Source of the DNA: an uncultured Burkholderiales bacterium | GTDB taxonomy: Bacteria > Pseudomonadota > Gammaproteobacteria > Burkholderiales > Usitatibacteraceae | DNA: 34,059 bases | Reading direction: 5' to 3' | Assembly (NCBI GenBank): GCA_964598005.1 | Contig: CAZRAL010000028.1 | Span: 1-34,059, forward strand | Part shown: positions 7,061 through 15,682 of the stretch, in pieces | How the letters are laid out: each line of letters starts with the position of its first letter | How positions within the stretch are numbered: the stretch's first letter is position 1 | Notes under the pieces: model-generated | Databases searched by the model: none | What the model saw: the letters and a program-made list of their open reading frames with translations, nothing else | Told to the model about the DNA's origin: nothing | Made by a program: the position numbers and the translations under genes

Positions 7061-7100
7061 GAGAGTAGAGGACAGGCTCTCGCCTGCCCTCTGCTCTCCC
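7059..7100. repeat. Strong hairpin: GGGAGAGTAGAGG - 16-nt loop - CCTCTGCTCTCCC (12/13 bp stem)
   Basis: Inverted repeat read directly, located at the truncation edge of the transposase remnant. Confidence 0.5.
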
Positions 7101-7231
7101 AGATGAGCCTTCTTGAACGCTATTACCGCTGCTGCAAGATGGCGCATTACCTAAAAATATCTCTTTCTTGGTCATGGGGCAAAAAGAGGTGATGCTGTGC
7201 GTCAACGCGATTGAGGACACTACTATTAGTT

Positions 7232-8317
7232 TTATATATCGTCACTATTTTTGGCGGAAAATATACGCATTCCCGTAGTCATGACGTCTTGCCCGCGAAA
7301 AGCGCGAATCATGCCGAGGTGATATACAAAAAACAACAAGACGAACCCTGCGAACAATAGGGGCTCAGGAATATGCAAGCGCCATCCTGCTATACCGATA
7401 CCGGCGCAGACAAGTGTAGCAATAACAATTGTCGCTTGCGTCTGGGAAACGGTCATTCCGCGACCCAGGAGGAAATGATGCAGATGCTGGCGATCAGCCC
7501 GCAAAGGGCTTTTGCCGACCCTTAACCGCCTGACCATCAATGATACGCAATCGCAAAGCGGAATAACAACTACCCAGAGTGCACAAATAGGCGGGAAAGT
7601 CCGGCCCATCCCTTGAGTCAGATCGATGGCATACCAGGCGATAATGAAACCCAGCAACATGCTGCCCGTATCGCCCAGAAAAATTCGCACCCGCTGCTGC
7701 CAGGGGAAGCGTATGTTTAGTATCAAAAATCCCACAACCGTACCAAGCAAAATCAGTAATAGGTAAAAATGGAATGGCAAATTACTGGCATACGCAACAT
7801 AGGCATAGGCGGCCAGCACGACGGCAGAAACACTGCCTGCCAAACCGTCAATTCCATCCATCATATTGATGGAATTGATCACGCCGAGTACAGCGAATAT
7901 GCTAATAGGGACGGCGAGAATGCTCGTGCCGATTGAGCCGAGCCCCACTAAATTTCCCACACTGCGCAGTACTACGCCCCCGGCAAGAGCCATTACCGTT
8001 GCTGCGGCTGCTTGAAGCAGGAATTTTGGCAGCGGCGCGATCTCCAGAAAATCGTCAACTATGCCCGCTACCAAAATAATGCTGGCCGCGCCGAGGAAAA
8101 CAAGATACTCGTCCGGAAAGCCAGCAACCAATCCTATGCCCGTTGCGGATAAATAGATTGCTAGTCCCCCTACAACCGGCGTGGCATGGGCATGGTCTTT
8201 GCGGCCACCAGGGTGATCGATAAGGCCTATGTACGGTGCTAGACGCGCCAATACCAGTGCGCAGGCAAGAGCGGTGATTACACTCGTAGAAAAAAGAATT
8301 TTGGTGCTCAAGAACAT
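7232..8317 (-). CDS. wecA: Undecaprenyl-phosphate N-acetylhexosamine-1-phosphate transferase (GT4 MraY/WecA/WbpL family), the initiating transferase
   Basis: Polytopic membrane protein with motifs DDxxE-like (VDDFLEI) and NMMDGIDGLAG. Likely start at MFLSTK (8317), which avoids overlap with the upstream gene. Confidence 0.8.
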   Translation of the reverse strand: MFLSTKILFSTSVITALACALVLARLAPYIGLIDHPGGRKDHAHATPVVGGLAIYLSATGIGLVAGFPDEYLVFLGAASIILVAGIVDDFLEIAPLPKFLLQAAAATVMALAGGVVLRSVGNLVGLGSIGTSILAVPISIFAVLGVINSINMMDGIDGLAGSVSAVVLAAYAYVAYASNLPFHFYLLLILLGTVVGFLILNIRFPWQQRVRIFLGDTGSMLLGFIIAWYAIDLTQGMGRTFPPICALWVVVIPLCDCVSLMVRRLRVGKSPLRADRQHLHHFLLGRGMTVSQTQATIVIATLVCAGIGIAGWRLHIPEPLLFAGFVLLFFVYHLGMIRAFRGQDVMTTGMRIFSAKNSDDI

Positions 8318-8321
8318 CGCA

Positions 8322-9608
8322 TTACAAACGCCATACGGTATAACCTGCTGTTGCAAGAGCAACACGGTCAAGTGCAGACTTTACGTCAATCACACAACCG
8401 GAAATTTTAACTTTGGTGGTCAATTCTGCTCGTGACATGGCAAGATATTCACGGTGCGATACGGCAAGGATCAGAGCATCGGCTACCGGAAGCTGCTCCC
8501 ATGGCGTTAACGTTACTCCATATTCTGCTTGAGCCTCGTGCATAGCGGCCTGTGGGTCATGCACGTGAACATTGAGACCATATTCCTGCAATTCGCGAAT
8601 GATATCGATTACCTTGCTATTACGCAGGTCGGAACAATTTTCTTTGAAGGTGAGACCAAGCACATTGATTGTTCCTCCACTGAAAGTGCCGCGCGCCTTA
8701 ACAAGTGTTTTGACGGTTTGTTCGGCTATGTATTTACCCATACTATCGTTAATGCGGCGGCCTGCAAGAATAACCTCGGGATGATGACCAAATTTTTCAG
8801 CTTGATAGGTAAGATAATAGGGATCCACACCGATACAGTGTCCGCCTACCAAACCAGGTTTGAATTTCAAAAAATTCCATTTTGTTCCCGCAGCTTCCAG
8901 TATTTCGGCGGTATCCAGTCCCATACGATTGAAGATGATTGCAAGCTCGTTCATAAAAGCGATGTTCAAATCGCGCTGTGAATTTTCAATGACCTTGGCG
9001 GCTTCTGCTACGCGAATGCTGGAAGCTTTGAAAATGCCTGCCGTCACGACTGTTCCATAGACATGGGCAAGCGTAGAAAGCGTGGCGGGTGTATCACCAG
9101 CCACTATTTTTACAATACGAGTAAGGGTATGTTCTTTGTCTCCGGGATTAATACGTTCAGGGGAATAACCGACAAAGAATCCCTCTTTCCACTTCAGACC
9201 AGAAACACGCTCCAACTCTGGGATACAGATTTCTTCTGTTGCGCCCGGGTAAACCGTCGATTCGTAAACAACAATGGATCCCTGTTTCAAATGCGGGCCG
9301 ATCGCACGACTCGCGCTTAGCAAGGGTTCAAAATCAGGTAAACGCGCATCATTGACAGGGGTAGGCACTGCGACGATAACAATATCCGCCTCGGTCAATA
9401 CTTTTTTATCGGTACTGACTTCAAGTAGTCGAGCAGCACGCAGATCTTCGGATGAAACTTCGCCAGTTGGGTCGATATATCTGCGGTACGCAGCAATTTT
9501 CTCTGCCGATAAATCGTAGCCGATGGTACGAAAGCATTTGCCGAATTCGACTGCAAGTGGCAAGCCTACATAACCTAATCCAACAACCGCGATAATTTGT
9601 TGTGCCAA
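8322..9608 (-). CDS. wbpO: UDP-N-acetyl-D-glucosamine 6-dehydrogenase (TviB/WbpO/WbpA-type nucleotide-sugar dehydrogenase)
   Basis: N-terminal GLGYVGLPLAVEFGK Rossmann motif. VVYESTVYPG, VGYSPERINPGDK, AEAAKVIENSQRDLNIAFMNELAIIFNR, GLVGGHCIGVDPYYLT and ILAGRR closely match TviB/WbpO. Confidence 0.85.
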   Translation of the reverse strand: MAQQIIAVVGLGYVGLPLAVEFGKCFRTIGYDLSAEKIAAYRRYIDPTGEVSSEDLRAARLLEVSTDKKVLTEADIVIVAVPTPVNDARLPDFEPLLSASRAIGPHLKQGSIVVYESTVYPGATEEICIPELERVSGLKWKEGFFVGYSPERINPGDKEHTLTRIVKIVAGDTPATLSTLAHVYGTVVTAGIFKASSIRVAEAAKVIENSQRDLNIAFMNELAIIFNRMGLDTAEILEAAGTKWNFLKFKPGLVGGHCIGVDPYYLTYQAEKFGHHPEVILAGRRINDSMGKYIAEQTVKTLVKARGTFSGGTINVLGLTFKENCSDLRNSKVIDIIRELQEYGLNVHVHDPQAAMHEAQAEYGVTLTPWEQLPVADALILAVSHREYLAMSRAELTTKVKISGCVIDVKSALDRVALATAGYTVWRL

Positions 9609-9782
9609 CTATATTCTCCCTGAAGGAATTTTTGAATCATGCTCCCTTCGTTTTACGTTTGTCGAAATAGAGGGGCTACTGGTTCAAAATAATGTGAAAA
9701 ATATAAAACACTAGAACTGACGCGCTTTCTGGATATTTTTCGCTCTAAAAACCGCATGGATAAACACCCTAGCTATGCAGTT

Positions 9783-10790
9783 TCAAATGCGATAATACTC
9801 TCGATACCAGGTTACAAATCGCTGAATGCCATCCTCTACCTTGGTTTGCGGGCGAAAATCTACCCAGGCTTGTAAATGTGATACATCGGCGTTGGTCGAT
9901 GCGACATCGCCGGGTTGCATGGGCAACATGTTCATTTTGGCTTTTATTCCCAAACAATTTTCAAGCGCCTGGATATAGCGCATCAGTTCTATAGGATGAT
10001 TATTGCCGATGTTAAAAATGCGATAGGGAGCTTGGCTGGTTGCTGGATTGGGATGGGCACCTGACCAGGCCAAATCAGGCGTAGCAGGCTTGTCGATCAC
10101 TCGCACGACACCCTCGACAATATCATCCACGTAGGTGAAATCGCGCACCATCTTGCCATGGTTGAATACATCGATCGGCTCTCCGGCAAGAATTGCTTTG
10201 GTGAAAAGAAAAAGCGCCATGTCCGGCCGACCCCATGGGCCGTATACCGTAAAAAAACGCAAACCGGTACAAGGCAAACCGAATAGGTGTGCATAACTGT
10301 GCGCCATGAGTTCGTTGGCTTTTTTGGTGGCGGCATAGAGTGATACGGGATGATCAACACTATCGTGCTCTACAAGCGGCAGCCGCGTATTCAAGCCATA
10401 TACCGAACTGGAAGAAGCAAATACTAAATGTTTCACCTTGGAATGGCGTGCGCCTTCGAGAACATTGGTGAATCCAACCAGATTCGCATCGATATAAGCT
10501 TGTGGATTAGTGAGCGAGTACCGTACTCCAGCTTGAGCCGCTAGATTCATCACCGCATCAAAATAGTTCTGCTGAAAAAGAATTGCCATCCCTTCGCGAT
10601 CGCAAAGGTCAAGTTTCTGAAAGGTGAAATTGGCATGTTGCTTCAATTTGGAAAGTCGGGCTTCCTTAAGTGTGGGATCGTAATAATCGTTAAGGTTGTC
10701 GATACCAACAACTGTATCCCCTCGAGTCAATAATTTGAGGGAAAGCGTGTAACCAATAAAGCCGGCAGCGCCGGTCACAAGAATTTTCAT
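9783..10790 (-). CDS. NAD-dependent nucleotide-sugar 4-epimerase, UDP-glucuronate 4-epimerase family (extended SDR)
   Basis: [13 protein letters not shown], YxxxK (YAATKKANE) and [12 protein letters not shown] motifs typical of Gla/Cap1J-type UDP-uronate 4-epimerases. Confidence 0.7.
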   Translation of the reverse strand: MKILVTGAAGFIGYTLSLKLLTRGDTVVGIDNLNDYYDPTLKEARLSKLKQHANFTFQKLDLCDREGMAILFQQNYFDAVMNLAAQAGVRYSLTNPQAYIDANLVGFTNVLEGARHSKVKHLVFASSSSVYGLNTRLPLVEHDSVDHPVSLYAATKKANELMAHSYAHLFGLPCTGLRFFTVYGPWGRPDMALFLFTKAILAGEPIDVFNHGKMVRDFTYVDDIVEGVVRVIDKPATPDLAWSGAHPNPATSQAPYRIFNIGNNHPIELMRYIQALENCLGIKAKMNMLPMQPGDVASTNADVSHLQAWVDFRPQTKVEDGIQRFVTWYREYYRI

Positions 10791-10891
10791 TGAGGTGTTC
10801 CAAAAAACTGGATCATGCTCACGCTATTTTCGCATGCCATGCATCAAACTACCGAATTCGCATGAATCATTTTATTGTTCTTTGTGACAGC

Positions 10892-12001
10892 TCATTTGTT
10901 CAGAAAAATGTCCACGATTTTTGCAATTCGCGCCGCCGCATGTCCATCCCAAAGTGCTGGAATCCCGCCTGATTTGGCATTGCCTCTAAGCACTTTAATA
11001 GCTGATTCGGTAATGAGGTGGGGATCAGTACCAACGATTATATTGGTGCCTTCTGAAATGGTAATGGGCCGCTCGGTGTTGTCACGTGCGGTCAGGCAGG
11101 GCACGCCGAGTGCCGTAGTTTCCTCCTGAAGGCCGCCGCTGTCTGTCAATACAAATGCCGCATCTTTCCAGAGGTTTAGAAACTCCATATAAGGTAAAGA
11201 TGGCAACAAGTGTATCGATGCAGGTAGCGGAACCTGAAATTCAGCAATACGCGCTCGGGTACGAGGATGAACGGGGAAAATGAGGGGAATCGATTGGCTA
11301 ATGTTACTAAGCGCAGAGAAAATACGCCTAAGTATACTTTGATCATCTACATTCGAAGGGCGGTGTAATGTGACTACTCCGTACCGTCCAAGTTTTGCTT
11401 TGAGAGCAGCATATAAAAACTGTTCCGAATTCATTTTGGAAAGCTGTTTGAGTTGAAAATAAAGGTTATCGATCATCACGTGACCGACAAAATGAATCTT
11501 TGTTTGATCTTTCCCTTCCGCAAGAAGATTTTTTTTGCCTTCCAGTTCAGTTACAAAATAAAGATCAGAAATTGAGTCCGTTATAATGCGGTTGATCTCT
11601 TCTGGCATCGTCATATCGTTGCTTCGTAAGCCCGCTTCTACATGGGCCACAGAGACATTTAATTTTTTGGCGACCAACGAACAGGCAACGGTTGAATTGA
11701 CATCGCCAACAACGATAACCAAAGCAGGATTCTCCTGCACGCATACTTGTTCATAAGTCATCATGATGCGGGCAGTTTGTACGGCGTGAGAGCCGCTGCC
11801 TACATCCAGGTGAGTATCAGGTACGGGAATACCCAGTTCCTCAAAAAAAACATCGCTCATCTCGCGATCATAATGCTGCCCAGTGTGGATAAGCCGACAT
11901 TCGAGCGTGTGATGCTCACGCATCGCCCGCATAATCGGAGCGACCTTCATAAAATTCGGACGCGCACCAGCAATCAAGTGGATGATTTTCTTTGTGGTCA
12001 T
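10892..12001 (-). CDS. wecB: UDP-N-acetylglucosamine 2-epimerase (non-hydrolysing; WecB/FnlC family)
   Basis: IHTGQHYD motif, VVGDVNSTVACSLVAKK, and the DSGG/GT-B epimerase core. Confidence 0.8.
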   Translation of the reverse strand: MTTKKIIHLIAGARPNFMKVAPIMRAMREHHTLECRLIHTGQHYDREMSDVFFEELGIPVPDTHLDVGSGSHAVQTARIMMTYEQVCVQENPALVIVVGDVNSTVACSLVAKKLNVSVAHVEAGLRSNDMTMPEEINRIITDSISDLYFVTELEGKKNLLAEGKDQTKIHFVGHVMIDNLYFQLKQLSKMNSEQFLYAALKAKLGRYGVVTLHRPSNVDDQSILRRIFSALSNISQSIPLIFPVHPRTRARIAEFQVPLPASIHLLPSLPYMEFLNLWKDAAFVLTDSGGLQEETTALGVPCLTARDNTERPITISEGTNIIVGTDPHLITESAIKVLRGNAKSGGIPALWDGHAAARIAKIVDIFLNK

Positions 12002-12061
12002 ATGAAAGAGCGAGCCCTAAAAACTAATTTTAAACGCCCAGCCTTTTAACTACTAAAATTA

Positions 12062-13297
12062 TTATTTCCTTTTGTTGTCGTTATTTACTTGCTGTAAAGC
12101 TCGCAACATATTGACAGCTAAGCGGTCCCGATCAAAATATATTTCAACAAAAGTACGTCCAGTATTTCCCATATCTGCTGCTTCTGCTGGATTATTCACC
12201 AGACGTAAGATTGCTGCAACCAGTTCAGACGTATCCTCAGGTGTTATAGCGATTCCGGCGTTTGCGCGTTCGAGAATATTTTTGCTTTCACCGCGCACTC
12301 CAAGAATAATAGGCTTAGCGGTGCCCATTGCTTCAAACATCTTGGATGGAATCACATGGGCGAACAACGGTATATCGCGCAATAAAACCAAGGCAACATC
12401 AGCGAGGCGCCAGTACTGTTTAACCGTTTCTTTATCAACTGCGCCAACAAAATAAACATTTTCAAGTCCGTCCATCCGGGCTCGTTCGATCAATTGCGTG
12501 CGTTCAGCACCCGCTCCAACAAGAACAAACGCAATTTTTTCATGATCGCGAAGCACTTTTGCGGTGTTGAGAAGGGTGCCGAGTCCATGTGCCATTCCTA
12601 ATGTACCAACATAGGCAGCGATGAATTTTCCCTCCAGTTTCCATTGGGCCAGCAATTCTGGCGGGCGAGCTCCAGGTTTAAATTCCTCTGTATCTACACC
12701 ATTCGGGATGACCACGATTTTGTTGGCAGTGATGCCGTTTTTTACGAGAATGTCCTTGAATGAATTGGTGACGCTGACAATCAAGGTCGCTCGGCGGTAC
12801 AGGAAATACTCGATACGCCGTAACAGTTTGATGAGTAGAGTATCCCCCATTGCCCCTACTGCCACGATTGAATCTGGCCAAAGGTCGCGAAGTTCAAATA
12901 CAAAAGGGCGCCACTTGAGAATCGAGAGTAAATATCCCCCGATGGCTGCAAAAAATTGAGGCGATGTCGCAATAATAACATCCGGGCGTTTTAAAAAAAG
13001 TCCCGCAATAATGGCAGCAACCATAAAACTGATGTAATCCAATGAGCGTCGCAAAAATCCCTCATTAGCCGTGATATAGGTCCATACCCGGATTACTTCT
13101 ATGCCAGCAATTTTTTCCCGCTGGATAAGACGATTACGGTAACCGCTAAATACTTGGCCCCCTGGAAAATTAGGGACACAAGTAATGATTGTTACGCGAT
13201 GCCCTGCAGTAACCCAACGCCTGGCATGTTCAAAAGTTCGGGTTGCAGGCGCGTTTGTTTCCGGTGGAAAATTATCAGTAAGAAACAGGATATGCAC
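12062..13297 (-). CDS. wbuB: Glycosyltransferase family 4, WbuB-like
   Basis: N-terminus MHILFLTDNFPPETNAPATRTFEHARRWVTAGHRVTIIT is typical of WbuB. C-terminal GT4 motif present (EAMGTAKPII). Confidence 0.75.
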   Translation of the reverse strand: MHILFLTDNFPPETNAPATRTFEHARRWVTAGHRVTIITCVPNFPGGQVFSGYRNRLIQREKIAGIEVIRVWTYITANEGFLRRSLDYISFMVAAIIAGLFLKRPDVIIATSPQFFAAIGGYLLSILKWRPFVFELRDLWPDSIVAVGAMGDTLLIKLLRRIEYFLYRRATLIVSVTNSFKDILVKNGITANKIVVIPNGVDTEEFKPGARPPELLAQWKLEGKFIAAYVGTLGMAHGLGTLLNTAKVLRDHEKIAFVLVGAGAERTQLIERARMDGLENVYFVGAVDKETVKQYWRLADVALVLLRDIPLFAHVIPSKMFEAMGTAKPIILGVRGESKNILERANAGIAITPEDTSELVAAILRLVNNPAEAADMGNTGRTFVEIYFDRDRLAVNMLRALQQVNNDNKRK

Positions 13298-13331
13298 GAA
13301 AAGTAATAAGGCTAAAAGATAAAACTAAAAA

Positions 13332-14963
13332 TCACCAGGAAATTCGAGTCGTTAATATATTGGATGAAAATAATGTCCTCAACCTTGTTGCAGATTGAGT
13401 TTCGCCAAAGGAAGGGTGCCATGTGGCGCTGTCCAGATTTAGATCTTCGCTTACTACTTCAATATGCTTCGATTGTCGGGGAGCCAGCAATTTTACCCGG
13501 GAGTGACTTGATTTTTCGACTTGAATAACAGGGTGAATCAGCAACCGCGCCTCCGCAATTCTAGGATGCCCCTCTAATACATCTTGTATTTCCAAAGCGT
13601 TTCCGCTTAGTCGCCATTCTCGCCAATGGGTAACTCGACCGGGTAATCGACAATATCCGTCATGTGCACCCCGCAACCAAATGAACTCTATGTCATTGCC
13701 CCAGGCGACATCATGGACGCGCGCACGCCTAGCAACGCGAAAACTGCCCCAGACTTCGGATGAATTTTGCCCATCTACTATAACCGTATTATGTGCTGCG
13801 GTACCGCGCTGAAACAACCGCTCTGATGATACGTTGTATGTAGACGTACCTGTATCAATAATGACTCTTTGATCATGCAAGGATAATTCGAAACTCAACG
13901 TATCCGCATGGGCATGGCCGGGTAGATAATCTGGCCCAATAGGTCCCACATCGGCAATGAGCACTGCCTCAGCAGTTTGCAAACGAACATAACCTGATTC
14001 AGGCAAGGCATGTAAGGGGCCGCTGAGATTCAAATCAACGTCCACTTCGAGCAACTGGGCCCAGCCAGCCAGGGTTTTCAATCGTGGCGCAACCCCGAAG
14101 GCAGAATCATTAAACAGGGCAATATCGCCATCGGGATGGGTCATAATTGCTAACCAACGTAACATACGAGAGGCTGTTGAATGCCAAACAGAGATATCTT
14201 GATCCGGTAGGGCGCAAGGAAATACATGCGATAGCGCTAGTAATTCCAAAAGATCCGCTAAAACGATGGCATGATACATAGGGCTACGCTCGAAATGCCC
14301 GCCATCCATCAATATCTGTTCGTCAAGCTCGCGCCGTATTAATTTCAATCCCCTTGTACGCCATTGCAATGCTTCAGGCCCATCAAAAAATACCCCGGCA
14401 AAAACCAGTGCCTTGGCATTAGCCCACAAGTGGTTACCCAGCAAATGGTATTCCAGTTTTTTAGATAATAGGCGGATCTGAATAGCAAGGCTATGAGTAG
14501 CTTGTGGAGAAAGAATATGTTCCCGGAGGGTCCACGTAATCCAGTTTACTATCCGCAGCGAAAGGGGATAGGGCTCCCATCCATTACCGTAGCCGGGAGG
14601 GTTTTCGTTGATCCAACGTTCGATGATTCCTAAGTGCCAAGCTTGGCGTAGCTCACCATTAAGTGCATTCAAGTCGTCGAAATAATGAAGGTTATAAAGC
14701 CAAAGCTTGTCAACAACAGGATCGTTCCAATACGTTTTTTCCTGAACATTTTTTTCGACTCCGAGAAAACGAAACGTAATTGGCCCCATCATGACTGGGG
14801 AACGCCAAGGTGACAGATTCCAAGTTGAATCAGACTGCCTGCGTTGCGGGGCAGCAGAAAAATCAATGTGTGGCCGGTAAAATTTGTGCCAGAATCGAGC
14901 CCAGATTTGTGGGGACCGCAACCATCGCACGGTCTGCCACAAACGAAAAAACTTGTTGAGCAT
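13332..14963 (-). CDS. Heparinase II/III-like family protein, 543 aa
   Basis: Length and conserved blocks (WLYNLHYFDDL, GNHLWANAKALVFAG, HPDGDIALFNDSA, PGHAHADTLSFEL) match heparinase II/III-like proteins found in LPS/O-antigen clusters. Confidence 0.7.
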   Translation of the reverse strand: MLNKFFRLWQTVRWLRSPQIWARFWHKFYRPHIDFSAAPQRRQSDSTWNLSPWRSPVMMGPITFRFLGVEKNVQEKTYWNDPVVDKLWLYNLHYFDDLNALNGELRQAWHLGIIERWINENPPGYGNGWEPYPLSLRIVNWITWTLREHILSPQATHSLAIQIRLLSKKLEYHLLGNHLWANAKALVFAGVFFDGPEALQWRTRGLKLIRRELDEQILMDGGHFERSPMYHAIVLADLLELLALSHVFPCALPDQDISVWHSTASRMLRWLAIMTHPDGDIALFNDSAFGVAPRLKTLAGWAQLLEVDVDLNLSGPLHALPESGYVRLQTAEAVLIADVGPIGPDYLPGHAHADTLSFELSLHDQRVIIDTGTSTYNVSSERLFQRGTAAHNTVIVDGQNSSEVWGSFRVARRARVHDVAWGNDIEFIWLRGAHDGYCRLPGRVTHWREWRLSGNALEIQDVLEGHPRIAEARLLIHPVIQVEKSSHSRVKLLAPRQSKHIEVVSEDLNLDSATWHPSFGETQSATRLRTLFSSNILTTRISW

Positions 14964-14968
14964 TAGCT

Positions 14969-15682
14969 CTACGGTTTGCGTAGTATGCCAACAAGCAATA
15001 TGCGGAACGGTGCCAAAAAATGGAAGAAATTGACAGTACGTTCATAAATTATTCCAATGATATAAGTTAACCACATAAAACGAAGATACTCTGGGCGCCC
15101 TTCAATCAATTTAATTTTTTCAACTAGTAACCCGGCCGTAGTTGCATGACGTTTCACTGTCACCATCGTATTAGCTAAATATTGTGTTGGAAACGTATCT
15201 ATTTCTGCACGGCCACGTTTGCGATTAACCCATTGATGAAAACTGTAGGGTGTTATACGTGCAATTGTGGGCATGTAATGCCACTTGTTTGGAGTTTTAA
15301 ATATGAAGACGCCGCCAGGTTTTAAGACACGCTGAATTTCACAGAATACTGTTACAGGATCCGGGAGATGTTCTACGACATTATCTGCAAATACAACATC
15401 AAAATAAGCACTATCATAGGGGATGCTGTTAGCATTAGCTATACGACCTTCATCAAGCATAGGATTATTCAGTACTCGCGGGTCTAAATCAACCCCACAA
15501 ACACGTTTAACCAACCCCTTGAAATTCATTTGTTCGACAATGCCTGCTCCTGCACCTAAATCTAAAATCACACTATCGTCACATAAGTACTGAAGCAACG
15601 TATCCCTAAACAATTGATCATCCCAGTTTCGATCAAAATGCGGATACCATGCCTTATCAATTCGTGTAATCAAAGTGTTCAT
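14969..15682 (-). CDS. Class I SAM-dependent methyltransferase
   Basis: ILDLGAGAG (motif I), VFADNVVEHL, and LKPGGVFIF (motif III). Confidence 0.65.
   Translation of the reverse strand: MNTLITRIDKAWYPHFDRNWDDQLFRDTLLQYLCDDSVILDLGAGAGIVEQMNFKGLVKRVCGVDLDPRVLNNPMLDEGRIANANSIPYDSAYFDVVFADNVVEHLPDPVTVFCEIQRVLKPGGVFIFKTPNKWHYMPTIARITPYSFHQWVNRKRGRAEIDTFPTQYLANTMVTVKRHATTAGLLVEKIKLIEGRPEYLRFMWLTYIIGIIYERTVNFFHFLAPFRILLVGILRKP

Noticed and set aside
8229-9608. Numerous plus-strand ORFs (8529-8981, 8860-9060, 9063-9320, 9274-9519) antisense to the TviB-like gene. There are similar antisense ORFs inside other cluster genes, for example 10097-10360, 12072-12455, 16115-16405, 17015-17413, 20457-20717, 23848-24108 and 32708-33145.
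   Set aside because: They overlap strongly supported homologous genes on the opposite strand and have no recognisable domains.
11843-11850. A8/T8 run inside the 2-epimerase gene, and other 7-8 nt A/T runs, as phase-variation tracts
   Set aside because: A/T homopolymers of this length are common in AT-biased genes and are far less slippage-prone than G/C tracts. Only the G9 tract in the hisH-like gene was promoted to a finding.
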